Shown in pieces: positions 25,351 to 34,961 of a DNA stretch of 48,150 bases. Source of the DNA: Halobacteriales archaeon (lineage in GTDB: Archaea > Halobacteriota > Halobacteria > Halobacteriales > Hikarchaeaceae); NCBI GenBank assembly GCA_042219105.1, contig JBDGQL010000093.1, positions 1 to 48,150 on the forward strand, written 5' to 3'. Numbering within the stretch: the stretch's first letter is position 1; each line of letters starts with the position of its first letter. Both the position numbers and the translations under genes were made by a program. The notes beneath the pieces are model-generated. The model had not been told where the DNA came from. It ran no database searches and worked only from the letters and a program-made list of their open reading frames with translations.

Positions 25351-26448
25351 ATGACATACAATGCAGGCATTATCGGCACCGGTGGTGTCGCGGGTATGGG
25401 CATTCTCGGCATGCACGACGAGGAGGCCATCGGTAACGAAAAGATCAGCGCGAGCCACGCCGGTGGGTACGCTGCCACTGATCAGATCGAACTCACCGCC
25501 ATCGCCGATATCGACGGGGAGCGGCTTGCCACGTTCGGGAGCGCGTGGGAGATCCCCCCGGACAGGCGGTACGTCGGGCACGAAGCGATGCTTGACGCCG
25601 AGGATCTCGACGTCGTCTCGGTCTGTACCCCGTCGTTCTTACACGACCAACACACGATCGACGCCGCTCGGTCCGCCGCCGAACCTGACGTCATCTGGTG
25701 TGAGAAACCGATCGCTTCGCAGGTCAGCGCGGCAGAGGAGATGGTCAACGTCTGCGATGAGACTGACACGGAACTCGTTATCAACCACTCGTTTCGGTTC
25801 ACCGACAAGCTACGGCGACTCCACGATCTGATTCACGACCGGAACCTTCTGGGCGAGATCAAGTCGGTGTCCATGCAGTACCGGATGGAGCTGATGCGAA
25901 ACTCAACACACCTCCTGGACACCGTAGTGTATCTACTGGATGCGCGTGCGAAACAGGTGAGCGGCTACGTCAACGGTGAGAACGAAGCGGTTGATGCGCT
26001 TGATACCTCCGAGGACATAGTCGATGCAGGTGGTGGTGGGCATCTCATCATGGACGAGGACACGTTCGTCACCGTCGACTGCACCATCCCCCGGGAGATG
26101 TCCTCCATGATGCTCAATTTCATCGGAACCGACGGCAAACTCTACATGAACAACGACGATGGTGAGTGGCGTTACTGGTCGCTTGAGGACGGTGAACACG
26201 TCGAACGGTCCTTGCCGGGTATCGAGGACGCGTGGACGTGGGACGACGACTACAAGCGGTCGTTCGCGAACGCCGCCGGGCACGTTCAGAATCTCCTGAA
26301 CGGCGACGCAACGAACCACTCACCCGGCACGGAAGCGATCCGGTCGTTCGAAATCATCGTCGCGTTCTACCTCTCAAACTACACCGGAGCAACGGTGGAC
26401 GTCCCGCTACAACAGCCCCTCCGTGAAGTCTCTATTACGTCCTGGTAG
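25351..26448 (+). CDS. Gfo/Idh/MocA family oxidoreductase
   Basis: ORF 25324..26448; ATG 25351 (MTYNAGIIGTGGVAGMG). It has the CEKPIA motif and is a paralog of 12774..13865. Confidence 0.88.
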   Translation: MTYNAGIIGTGGVAGMGILGMHDEEAIGNEKISASHAGGYAATDQIELTAIADIDGERLATFGSAWEIPPDRRYVGHEAMLDAEDLDVVSVCTPSFLHDQHTIDAARSAAEPDVIWCEKPIASQVSAAEEMVNVCDETDTELVINHSFRFTDKLRRLHDLIHDRNLLGEIKSVSMQYRMELMRNSTHLLDTVVYLLDARAKQVSGYVNGENEAVDALDTSEDIVDAGGGGHLIMDEDTFVTVDCTIPREMSSMMLNFIGTDGKLYMNNDDGEWRYWSLEDGEHVERSLPGIEDAWTWDDDYKRSFANAAGHVQNLLNGDATNHSPGTEAIRSFEIIVAFYLSNYTGATVDVPLQQPLREVSITSW

Positions 26449-26529
26449 CGGTGGCCATCACCGTCGATCTCCCCCGAACGCGACCGGTAATCCGGTAGGA
26501 TTATCACCACTCACACAGTTCTCCCTCGT

Positions 26530-27705
26530 ATGTCGCTCGAAATAACGAGAATCGAGAGCGTCGAGTTCAAGTACGACATCCCGGACGTCGGGACGGACGA
26601 GCATGCGTTCAATCTCGTGTACGATCCCGGCGAGACGACCGCGCGGAAACTGTTCGCGCTGCGCGTCCACACTGACGCCGATATCACCGGCGAGTACGTC
26701 GGCGGCAACTCACCTGGAGCCGCCCAAATCAACACCTTCGCTGACTACCTCGTCGGGAAGAACCCGCTGCGGCGGGAGCGCCACTGGTCGGAGATCAAGC
26801 GCGCGCTCCGCAAGTACGACCGCATGGGCATCGGACCCGTCGACATCGCGCTGTGGGATCTGGCGGGCAAACACTACGACGCCCCGATCCACGAGATGCT
26901 GGGCACCTATCGCGAGCGCATCCCTGCCTACGCCTCGACGTATCACGGGGACGAGAACGGGGGACTGGACTCCCCGGAGGCGTTCGCCGACTTCGCCGAG
27001 TCGTGTCTGGAGATGGGCTACCCCGGGTTCAAGATCCACGGCTGGGGCGGCGGCGACGCCGCCCGTGACATGGATCGCGAGGTGGCAACAGTGCGCGCCG
27101 TCGGCGAGCGCGTCGGTGAGGAGATGGACCTCATGTGTGACCCGGCCTGTGAGTACGAGACGTTCGCCGACGCGCTCGCAGTCGGACGCGCCTGCGATGA
27201 GTACGATTATTTCTGGTACGAGGACCCCTACCGGGACGGCGGGATCTCACAGCACGCCCACGGCAAACTCCGCGAACTGATCGACACGCCGCTACTTCAG
27301 ACCGAGCACGTCCGCGGCCTGGAGCCAAAGACGGACTTCATCGACGCGGCGGCGACGGACTTCGTGCGAACGGATCCGGAGTACGACGGTGGCATCACCG
27401 GCGCGATGAAGACGGCCCGCGTCGCGGAGGGACACGGCCTCGACGTGGAGTTTCACGCCCCCGGGCCCGCCCAGCGCCACTGCATCGCCGCGACGCGGAA
27501 CGCCAACTACTACGAACTCGCCTTAGTCCATCCGGACTGTCCGAACACCCAACCACCCGTCTACCGGGGCGCGTACTCCGACATGATCGACACGATCGAC
27601 GACGACGGCACCGTCGGCGTGCCCGACGGTCCGGGGCTGGGCGTCGATTACGACTGGGAGTTCATTCGCGACAACGAGACCGGCAGCGTCCACGTCTACG
27701 AGTAG
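26530..27705 (+). CDS. Enolase-superfamily (mandelate racemase/muconate lactonizing) enzyme, likely a sugar-acid dehydratase
   Basis: 391 aa. Motifs: GIGPVDIALWDLAGKHYDAPIHEMLG, YFWYEDP, plus acidic metal-ligand blocks. Confidence 0.85.
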   Translation: MSLEITRIESVEFKYDIPDVGTDEHAFNLVYDPGETTARKLFALRVHTDADITGEYVGGNSPGAAQINTFADYLVGKNPLRRERHWSEIKRALRKYDRMGIGPVDIALWDLAGKHYDAPIHEMLGTYRERIPAYASTYHGDENGGLDSPEAFADFAESCLEMGYPGFKIHGWGGGDAARDMDREVATVRAVGERVGEEMDLMCDPACEYETFADALAVGRACDEYDYFWYEDPYRDGGISQHAHGKLRELIDTPLLQTEHVRGLEPKTDFIDAAATDFVRTDPEYDGGITGAMKTARVAEGHGLDVEFHAPGPAQRHCIAATRNANYYELALVHPDCPNTQPPVYRGAYSDMIDTIDDDGTVGVPDGPGLGVDYDWEFIRDNETGSVHVYE

Positions 27706-27737
27706 GCGAGATCTTCTACCGCGCTTCGAGCCGATTA

Positions 27738-27816
27738 TACGGGTCGACAGAACTGTTGATAGAATTAGCCTCCACCGTACCCGGCGAATATCTATCAGGA
27801 CTTCTGTCGACCCGTA
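27738..27816 (+). mobile_element. MITE-B copy, 79 bp, TA/TA, inserted in a stop codon
   Basis: TA is at 27736-27737 and 27817-27818. The pre-insertion sequence reconstructs to ...GAC GTG CGG TAA on the minus strand. Confidence 0.9.
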
Positions 27817-28613
27817 TACCGCACGTCATCGGCCATTTCCACCACGTGTCGGACCGGGTCGTCGCTGTCCCCGCTCGGGAAGAACTCACAGGCGACCACG
27901 CCCTCGTATCCCATCTCGTCGATCGCCGAGAGGATGTTGTGATAGTCGAGTTCGCCCGTTCCGGGTTCGTGACGTCCCGGCACGTCCGCGATGTGGATGT
28001 GACCAACGAGGTCGATATGTTCCCTAAGCGTCTGGATGATATTACCCTCGGTGATCTGTTGATGATAGACGTCATACAGCAGTTTCACGTTCGGGCTGTC
28101 GACCGCTTCGACGATCGAGAACCCCCTGTCGGCCGTCCGCAGAAAATAGCCGGAGTGGTTGACGCGCGTGTTCAGTGGTTCCGGCACGATCGTGACGTCG
28201 TTTGCCTCCGCGGTCGGTGCAACGGACCGAAGTACTCGGACGATCGCGTTCTGCTGTGTGGCCTCCGACAGCGTGTCAATCCGGGGTCCGACGGTGACGA
28301 TGAGCGTATCTCCACCCAACTCCGCCGTGGTCTCTATCGACCGCTCGATGTCGTCGACGCCTTGATCGTACTCTTCGGGATCACATATCGCCCCCGAATC
28401 GGGGTCGCCGACGTTCGAGGCGACTCCGGTTGCTACCGTTCCGCTGATCGCGACGCCGTTGTCGGCGGCCGTCTTCTGGACGTCAGCAACGTCAACGTCG
28501 GTCCAGTCGTAGAACTCGACGGCGTCCGCCCCCGCCCGTGCCGCGCGTTTGACTCCCTGCTGGATGCTACAGTCGTACACCGCAGGAAGGGTCACTCCAA
28601 CGTCAAAGCTCAT
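27795..28613 (-). CDS. Xylose-isomerase-like TIM-barrel protein (hydroxypyruvate-isomerase-like)
   Basis: 272 aa (MSFDVGVTLPAVYD...AGADAVEFYDW...). The last 7 residues YTGRQKS and the stop come from MITE-B. The start overlaps the upstream Gfo/Idh/MocA stop as ATGA. Confidence 0.82.
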   Translation of the reverse strand: MSFDVGVTLPAVYDCSIQQGVKRAARAGADAVEFYDWTDVDVADVQKTAADNGVAISGTVATGVASNVGDPDSGAICDPEEYDQGVDDIERSIETTAELGGDTLIVTVGPRIDTLSEATQQNAIVRVLRSVAPTAEANDVTIVPEPLNTRVNHSGYFLRTADRGFSIVEAVDSPNVKLLYDVYHQQITEGNIIQTLREHIDLVGHIHIADVPGRHEPGTGELDYHNILSAIDEMGYEGVVACEFFPSGDSDDPVRHVVEMADDVRYTGRQKS

Positions 28614-29575
28614 TGATCTACGGGGACGGGGCGGTCTTCGGTCACAGCGTTCGTGACTGCCAGCGTCACTTCGAAGGTTCGGATCGCATCGGAGTACGGC
28701 GACCGACAGCGGCCGGGATCGTTCTCCCGAACCGCGTTCACGAACGCGTCCACCTCGGTGTGATGGCCGTCGTCGTCGGCCTCGAAGTGGACCTCCTCGT
28801 CGTCGACAACACCCTCGCAGGTGTCGGGATCGACGCTGAGGAGGATGCCATCGCCGACAAGCGTAATGCCGTTCTCCCAGGTCGGCGAGGCGGCCGTGGT
28901 CATGACGTGGCTCGGAAGGCCACTCTCGTGGCGCAACGTCGCCGAGACCGCGTCCGGGAAGTCAAGCAGGTCGGTCCTGACGCGGAGATCCCCCTCGGAG
29001 GAAACCTGCTGGACGTCGCCCCCGAAGTACCGGACGAGGTCGAAGATGTGGGTGGATTGCTCGACCACCTGGCCGCCCGAACGGTCCCGGTGACGCCACC
29101 AGAAATCCTCGCCGCCGGGGACGCCGCCGACCCACTTCCCGTAGACGGTAGCGAGGGTGCGGTCGCTCACGTGTTCTCGTGCCCGCTGGACGGTCTCCAG
29201 ATACCGCATGTGGTGGCCGACCTGGGTGATGATTCCCGCATCCTGAACGGCATCGAGAACCTCGGCGGGATACTCCTGATCGAGGCCAAGCGGCTTCTCG
29301 ACGAACAGATGGACGCCCTCTTGGGCTGCTCGGAGCTCCTGGCCCTCGTGGGCGAAGGGGGGGACGCAGACGAAGACGGCGTCAAACCCGCCGTCATCGA
29401 ACAGTAGCTCCCAGTCGGTGTACGCCTCAGCGTCGTGTGCCTGTGCCCACTTTTCGGCCGCATCTGGATTGATGTCACAGACGGCCGTGACGTCCGCATG
29501 CTCGTTCGACTGCAGGTGCTCAAGATGCGTACTAGCGATTCCACCGGCTCCAATGAACGCCAATCGAACACTCAT
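28610..29575 (-). CDS. Gfo/Idh/MocA family oxidoreductase
   Basis: ORF 28610..29596; ATG 29575 (MSVRLAFIGAGGIASTHLEHL). It has the EKPLG motif. Confidence 0.88.
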   Translation of the reverse strand: MSVRLAFIGAGGIASTHLEHLQSNEHADVTAVCDINPDAAEKWAQAHDAEAYTDWELLFDDGGFDAVFVCVPPFAHEGQELRAAQEGVHLFVEKPLGLDQEYPAEVLDAVQDAGIITQVGHHMRYLETVQRAREHVSDRTLATVYGKWVGGVPGGEDFWWRHRDRSGGQVVEQSTHIFDLVRYFGGDVQQVSSEGDLRVRTDLLDFPDAVSATLRHESGLPSHVMTTAASPTWENGITLVGDGILLSVDPDTCEGVVDDEEVHFEADDDGHHTEVDAFVNAVRENDPGRCRSPYSDAIRTFEVTLAVTNAVTEDRPVPVDQ

Positions 29576-29703
29576 GGTACCGTGTGGGTCAATCACGTGT
29601 CCGGTACTTAACTCTGGCGTGAGTCGTCAGTGGTCACGCCGGAAAGCAGGTATACTGTCGGACAGAGACATTGGTAATCGAACCCCCAGGACGGGGGGCC
29701 TTC

Positions 29704-31203
29704 CTGTGTCGTTTCGAGTATTTAAAACCGGCTGGAAGCCGATAGTGACGACCTGATGTCTGGTATTTCATCAGCCAGGTCGCCATCAGAGGTAACGGAC
29801 ACCGAGTATTTCAATCCTGACCGATCCACCCCAAGTGCAGTGTACTCGCTGCTCGACTCCGTCGACAGCGAGTCTATCGCCGACGAATATGACATCGGGA
29901 GGTACAGCTCCACACACGACCTTGAGAACCACGTCAAAGTCGGCATCCGTGAGGGTCTCGATCCATCTGACTCGCTGGAAGAACTCGCCCAAACAACTGA
30001 TACAGCCGAGGGACTGGACTACATGGCTGCCTCAACGTTCTCCCGGTACACGAACGACCGCGACTACAGCGCGGTCGTTCGTCTCCTGTTCGAACTGTTT
30101 CAGACTCGGCGGCTGTATCATCAGCGTGGCGTCCAGCGCAAACGTCTCAAGTGGCTGAGCCGCGGTGTCATTGCGACTGATGCAACCAATCTCACACTCA
30201 CTCGATCAGTCACAATGCAGGAGGAGAGTTCAACAGACGGCGATCCAGCTGAAATTACCCCGAGCGACGGTGGACTCGCACTTCACATGGCCGCGCGCGT
30301 GGATGTGGAGCAGAAACATCCAGTCGGTATCGGTGTGAGCCAGGGCCAGTCCCACGAAAGCCCGTATTTCGACGCACTCAGAGATGATGTCGAGGTCTTC
30401 GCAGACCTCGACTCGGCCATTCTAGTCTTCGATCGTGGTTACACACGCTATGCACGGTTCTGTGAAATCAAACACAGTGACGACGACTTCGTCACACTGT
30501 TACGGTCGGATGCTCGCGTCGACGTCCTGAAGCAGATCCAGGACGTCGAAATCACGGTGCGGCGAGAGCGAGACGGTGATCGTGACGACACCGAATCGTA
30601 CCGTGTCCGCGATGACTGGATAGAACTCAGCGAGACAGGCGAAGAGTTCCGGCGTGTGACCCTGGAAACACCAGACGGCGAGGTGATGGAGTACCTGACG
30701 ACGTTGTCACCAGCTGAGTACGATCCGATTGAGGTAATCCAAATATACACGCTTCGTACTTTGATCGAAATACTATTTCGTGAACTGAAACAGTATCTGA
30801 ATGTTGAGAATTTCCACTCAACAACGCTTAACGGCGTGCTGTTTGAGTTGTTCTGCTCGCTGATTGGATTCGTGTTGATTCACTGGTTACGCCAGCACTA
30901 TCCGCTGAAAGACGGCGTGGCAGATACAATTCAACAGGTCCGATCCAACTGGAACGAGACGCTGAGGTCGTTCGGCTGAGCCCTACTCACGGCGGCGCAC
31001 GCTGCCGCCGTGAGCGACTGCTCCAGTCAATTCGTCCAAAACCAATCAAATAGTTGAATATAGTTGATGACTTGCGCTCGTTTCACTAGTTCAGCGCAGT
31101 AAAATTGGGATTACACCGAACGCTTAGTGTTCGCTCAGTGCATGTATCCCGGCTTGAGCACTCTCTGGCCGCTCGCCGTTTTTAAATACTCGAAACGACA
31201 CAG
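29704..31203 (+). mobile_element. IS4-family insertion sequence, 1500 bp
   Basis: It has a 24-bp perfect terminal inverted repeat, CTGTGTCGTTTCGAGTATTTAAAA, and an 8-bp direct repeat GGGCCTTC (29696-29703 and 31204-31211). It holds a single transposase ORF and an internal perfect 11-bp-stem hairpin at 30986-31014. GC content is visibly lower than in the flanks. Confidence 0.9.
29756..30979 (+). CDS. DDE transposase, IS4 family
   Basis: 407 aa. Candidate DDE blocks are VIATDATN and LVFDRGY, plus the IS4 signature Y-x2-R-x3-E-x6-K in YTLRTLIEILFRELK. Confidence 0.88.
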   Translation: MSGISSARSPSEVTDTEYFNPDRSTPSAVYSLLDSVDSESIADEYDIGRYSSTHDLENHVKVGIREGLDPSDSLEELAQTTDTAEGLDYMAASTFSRYTNDRDYSAVVRLLFELFQTRRLYHQRGVQRKRLKWLSRGVIATDATNLTLTRSVTMQEESSTDGDPAEITPSDGGLALHMAARVDVEQKHPVGIGVSQGQSHESPYFDALRDDVEVFADLDSAILVFDRGYTRYARFCEIKHSDDDFVTLLRSDARVDVLKQIQDVEITVRRERDGDRDDTESYRVRDDWIELSETGEEFRRVTLETPDGEVMEYLTTLSPAEYDPIEVIQIYTLRTLIEILFRELKQYLNVENFHSTTLNGVLFELFCSLIGFVLIHWLRQHYPLKDGVADTIQQVRSNWNETLRSFG

Positions 31204-31408
31204 GGGCCTTCGAATTATCAATACTTCTGTCCGACAGTATAGTAGTTTCCATCTTTCCCAGCGAACTCCGACTCCCTCGGGGAGTCGACGCGCCCGTGTA
31301 TCTGCTCGGCGGTCTGGAACGAACGCAACAGACAACTGGAGTAGATGACCACGATGTTCGGCCGATCGAATGTCTCATTACTGGGCATTCGGACTTTGAT
31401 TTTTCTTA

Positions 31409-31487
31409 TACTGTCGGCTGTAAGTTCGTGGAGGAATTCGCCACCCCGGGGTGGCAGATATCTCCATCGAGTCACAGCCGACAGTAT
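31409..31487 (+). mobile_element. MITE-C copy, 79 bp, TA/TA
   Basis: TA is at 31407-31408 and 31488-31489. It is near-identical to 8080..8158. Confidence 0.85.
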
Positions 31488-31605
31488 TACAACATAAAAT
31501 AATTTATGTCGGGGACGGGCCGGCGGAGGGTCACCGACGAGATGGGGTGGGCGGCTGCAGTTAGCCCCGTCGGCGGGCGGAGTGTATCAGTACCGGAGGA
31601 CTCGC

Positions 31606-33096
31606 TCACGGAGGATGGCTCCGTCCGCTCTCCTTGTACCGTTCCAGCAACGACCGCAGTTCCGCGACCTTGTCGGGGCGCTCCGCGTATAGATTCTCGC
31701 GTTGGGCCCGGTCGGACGACAGATCGTAGAGTTCGCCCGGATGGTCGTGGTCCTCGTAGCCGCGCTCCTCGCGGAACCAGTCGGGTTCTCCGTTGCTGTC
31801 GCCGGTCGGGGCATCGATGAGAACCCAGTCGTCTTTCCGGAGTGCCAGACCCCCGCCCTGGTGAACGGTTGCCTCGCGGAGCGGTGTCTCGTGGGCCTCG
31901 TCCCGCAGCGCCGGGAGGACGTCATAGCTGTCTTCCCCGGCATCGGGCGGCAGGTCAGTGCCCAGCAGCGAGGCGAGCGTTCGCAACAGATCGACCAGAC
32001 AGACGGTCTCCTCACAGTAAGTGTCCGCGGGCACCTCGCCGGGCCAACGGGCAATAAAGGGTACCCGGTGTCCTCCTTCCCAGGTGTCGCGCTTGATTCC
32101 CCGGAGACCGTCCATGCTGTAGTGATCGCGATCCCGGGCGCGGTCGTACGCCCTCGCGTGTTCGAGAGAATCGAGGTGTTCCGGGCCGTTGTCGCTCGTG
32201 AACACGACGAGCGTGTCCTCGGCGACGCCGGCACGGTCGAGTGCAGCCAGCACCTGTCCTACCGCCCAGTCGACCTCACACACCCAGTCGCCGTACAGGC
32301 CGGCGTCGCTCCGGCCGCGAAACCGTTTCGCCGGGACGATCGGCGTATGTGGGGCTGTCAGCGGGAAATAAAGAAAGAACGGGTCGTCCTCCGGGCCCCC
32401 ATGCCCCTCGATGTACTCGACGGCGCGTGAGGTGATCCCGGGCATGACGGCTTCCAGCGTCCACCCGGGCGCCATCGGGCCTTCCGTTCCGGACCCGAAC
32501 CCGAACATTTCGGGAGGCTTGTCCGCGGTCGGCCGAGTGCGCACCCGGTCGTCTTCGATCCACGTGTATGGCGGGAAGTTGGGCACGTCATCGCCGAAGT
32601 AGTGATCGAATCCGCGTTCGATCGGGCCGCCGCCGATCGGCTTCGAGAAGTCGATGTGATCATCCCGTGCTCGACGCGTCTCGCCGGCATGCTCGCCGAC
32701 CGATGCATCGCCGCTGGGCGGGCGGTCGTCATCAGTGGGCCAGTCCCAGCCGAGGTGCCACTTGCCGATGCAGGTGGTGTCGTATCCGTGCTGGCCCAGC
32801 AGTTCGGGGACGGTGAGACGGTCGGCGTCGATCAACGGCGGATCCCAGGGCCAGAGGACGCCCGAATCCAGTTCCGTCCGCCAACAGTACCGCCCCGTGA
32901 GAAGCGAGTACCGTGTCGGCGTGCAGACCGCTGACGGCGCATGCGCGTCGGTGAACGTCCGCCCCTCCGTCGCGAGACGGTCCAGGTTCGGCGTCGGAAT
33001 CTTCGAATCCGCGTTGTACCGGGACACGTCGCCGTAGCCCAGGTCGTCCGCGAGAACGTAGACGACGTTCGGTCGCTGGTCGCTCGTTCGAGCCAT
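31606..33096 (-). CDS. Type I sulfatase (Cys-type), no signal peptide
   Basis: MARTSDQRPNVVYVLADDLGYGD, CTPTRYSLLTG, GKWHLG. Confidence 0.9.
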   Translation of the reverse strand: MARTSDQRPNVVYVLADDLGYGDVSRYNADSKIPTPNLDRLATEGRTFTDAHAPSAVCTPTRYSLLTGRYCWRTELDSGVLWPWDPPLIDADRLTVPELLGQHGYDTTCIGKWHLGWDWPTDDDRPPSGDASVGEHAGETRRARDDHIDFSKPIGGGPIERGFDHYFGDDVPNFPPYTWIEDDRVRTRPTADKPPEMFGFGSGTEGPMAPGWTLEAVMPGITSRAVEYIEGHGGPEDDPFFLYFPLTAPHTPIVPAKRFRGRSDAGLYGDWVCEVDWAVGQVLAALDRAGVAEDTLVVFTSDNGPEHLDSLEHARAYDRARDRDHYSMDGLRGIKRDTWEGGHRVPFIARWPGEVPADTYCEETVCLVDLLRTLASLLGTDLPPDAGEDSYDVLPALRDEAHETPLREATVHQGGGLALRKDDWVLIDAPTGDSNGEPDWFREERGYEDHDHPGELYDLSSDRAQRENLYAERPDKVAELRSLLERYKESGRSHPP

Positions 33097-33290
33097 GTGG
33101 TCGGCACACCGCCGTCACGAATAAGCGTTATCGTCAGGTCCGTTCTTACAGCCGCGAAACCGACTCTAAAGCCAGTTCGCGGACGGTAAACTGTGGCACC
33201 GGAACGCGGCCACTGGTGCATCCGTCTTGCGGTCGATCCCGTGATGACTTCCGATAGACACTGTCTCACACGATCGTTTTTATCAAAATG

Positions 33291-33297
33291 TTTAATA
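33291..33297 (+). promoter_or_regulatory. TATA-like box for the sulfatase gene at 33323
   Basis: TTTAATA is centred about 29 nt upstream of ATG 33323. Confidence 0.4.
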
Positions 33298-33322
33298 CTG
33301 GTGGATCTGTGTGAATCGGACG

Positions 33323-34870
33323 ATGAAAGCCGTCATCATCGACATCGATTCGCTGCGAGCGGACCGTCTCGGCGTGTACGGGTACGACCGCGAGACGTCA
33401 CCGACGATCGATTCAGTGGCGTCAGAAGGGGCGGTGTTCGAACAGTGTTACACGTCCGACTCCCCGTGCCTGCCGAGTCGGACGGCCCTCGCTACGGCGC
33501 GGTTCGGGATCAAGAACGGAGTCGTCTCCCACTGGGGGGACGGGCAGTGGCTCAACTTATATTCGACAGCCGGGAACGGCAACGACTACCCGAGCGACAG
33601 ACCGCTGAGTTTCAAGTGGCTGTCGAATCGGGGAGTCAACACCAGCACCATCACCAGTTTCGGCAAGCGACACGCGGCGTATCACTTCACCGGAAGCTTT
33701 CGTGAGTCCATCCAGCCAACCCCCGGCGGGAGCGACAACGGGGCCGTGGTCACCAACGCCGCGACCCGGTGGATCGAGGACCACGCCAAAGAGGATGACT
33801 GGTTGCTCCACCTCAACTACTGGGACGTCCACCACCCCTACCTCGACATCGACGAATACGTCGATCCCGTGCAGTCCTCCGGGTCGGGTGCCGACTGGGT
33901 CGACGAGGAGGTGCTGGACGAACAGGCCGGGGCGACCGGCGTCCGGTGTCGCACCCTCTGGCCGAGTCCGAGCCAGGACGACATCGGCGATCAGGAGTAC
34001 ATCGAGTACGGTGACTGGCCGATGCCGACGGAGTTCGACACGCCGGAGAAGGTCCAGCATCTGAACGACGGATACGACGCGAGCATCCGAAAGACGGACG
34101 CCGAAGTCAGGACGCTTCTCTCCGTGCTCGAGGAGTCGAGCATCCGTGATGAGACGGCCATCATCATCACCTCCGACCACGGCGAGGCGATGGGCGAACA
34201 CGGCATCTACGCGGAGCACGGTCTCGCGCATCCACCCTGCCAGCAGGTCCCGCTGATAATCCAGGTGCCGGACGGAGCGTACGACGCCGAAACGCGGGTT
34301 CCGGACCCGGTGTACCAGTTCGATCTGGTTCCGACGCTGTGTGACCTGTTCGACATCGATGTCCCACCCGGGTGGGACGGAGAGACGCTCACGCCCGCCA
34401 TGGTAGGCGAGGAGTTCGACGGTCGCGAGTATCTGGTGTGCAGTCACGGAATATACACGTTCAGCCGGGCAGTGTACCGCGGCAAGTGGATGTACGCTCG
34501 GATCAAACATCCGGGCGTGTTCTCGGTACCGGGACTGTACAACGACCCCGAGCTTCCGGGCGACGGGACCGAACTCCTGCACGACCTCGAGTCCGACCCG
34601 CACATGCGGGAAAACCTGATCGGCCAGCGTCCAGACGTCACCGCCGAGATGCGTGGCTGTCTGGACGAGTGGAAAACACGACACACGGATTCAGCCGACG
34701 CTCGTGGCCGCGACCCGCTCGCGGAGATGGCCACAACTGACGGCCCGTACCTGTACGTCGACCCGGCCGAACTCGCAGAGGAGTACCGGAAACCCCGCTA
34801 CTCCGAGCCACAGCGTGCCGTCGTCGAGTCCGCCGCGAGGGAGTTTTTCGCCGACGGACCGGCCGACTGA
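33323..34870 (+). CDS. Sulfatase (alkaline-phosphatase superfamily, Cys-type), no signal peptide
   Basis: The ORF is listed from GTG 33311; ATG 33323 (MKAVIIDIDSLRADRLGVYG) is preferred. The motif is CLPSRTALATARFG. It is a paralog of 6480..8012. Confidence 0.85.
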   Translation: MKAVIIDIDSLRADRLGVYGYDRETSPTIDSVASEGAVFEQCYTSDSPCLPSRTALATARFGIKNGVVSHWGDGQWLNLYSTAGNGNDYPSDRPLSFKWLSNRGVNTSTITSFGKRHAAYHFTGSFRESIQPTPGGSDNGAVVTNAATRWIEDHAKEDDWLLHLNYWDVHHPYLDIDEYVDPVQSSGSGADWVDEEVLDEQAGATGVRCRTLWPSPSQDDIGDQEYIEYGDWPMPTEFDTPEKVQHLNDGYDASIRKTDAEVRTLLSVLEESSIRDETAIIITSDHGEAMGEHGIYAEHGLAHPPCQQVPLIIQVPDGAYDAETRVPDPVYQFDLVPTLCDLFDIDVPPGWDGETLTPAMVGEEFDGREYLVCSHGIYTFSRAVYRGKWMYARIKHPGVFSVPGLYNDPELPGDGTELLHDLESDPHMRENLIGQRPDVTAEMRGCLDEWKTRHTDSADARGRDPLAEMATTDGPYLYVDPAELAEEYRKPRYSEPQRAVVESAAREFFADGPAD

Positions 34871-34929
34871 TACTGACCGTTCTCACAATCGGCGGCCTGG
34901 CGTCCAGCTACGGACGGGTCGTTACCAGC

Positions 34930-34937
34930 AATTATTT
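34930..34937 (+). promoter_or_regulatory. TATA-like box for the alcohol-dehydrogenase gene
   Basis: AATTATTT is centred about 28 nt upstream of ATG 34962. Confidence 0.4.
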
Positions 34938-34961
34938 CAGCGCGCGCGATACGGTTGTCGT

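Larger units (their letters stand above)
29653..31239 (+). mobile_element. MITE-A copy split by an IS (left part 29653-29703, right part 31204-31239)
   Basis: After removing the IS and one copy of the 8-bp duplication, the two parts sum to exactly 79 bp. TA is at 29651-29652 and 31240-31241. Confidence 0.88.

Noticed and set aside
24229-25581. The full 450-aa reading of the minus-strand ORF.
   Set aside because: The first 145-178 residues are antisense to the Gfo/Idh/MocA gene start and to intergenic DNA, and they are Cys/Arg-rich. A start at 25047 (or 25146) gives a coherent TM plus coiled-coil protein.
31242-31388. A minus-strand ORF beginning MPSNETFDRPNIVVIY..., reminiscent of a sulfatase N-terminus truncated by the MITE-A/IS insertion.
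   Set aside because: It lacks the DD metal motif and C-x-P-x-R. After computationally removing the MITE and the IS, the frame closes after about 64 codons. At best it is an old relic.
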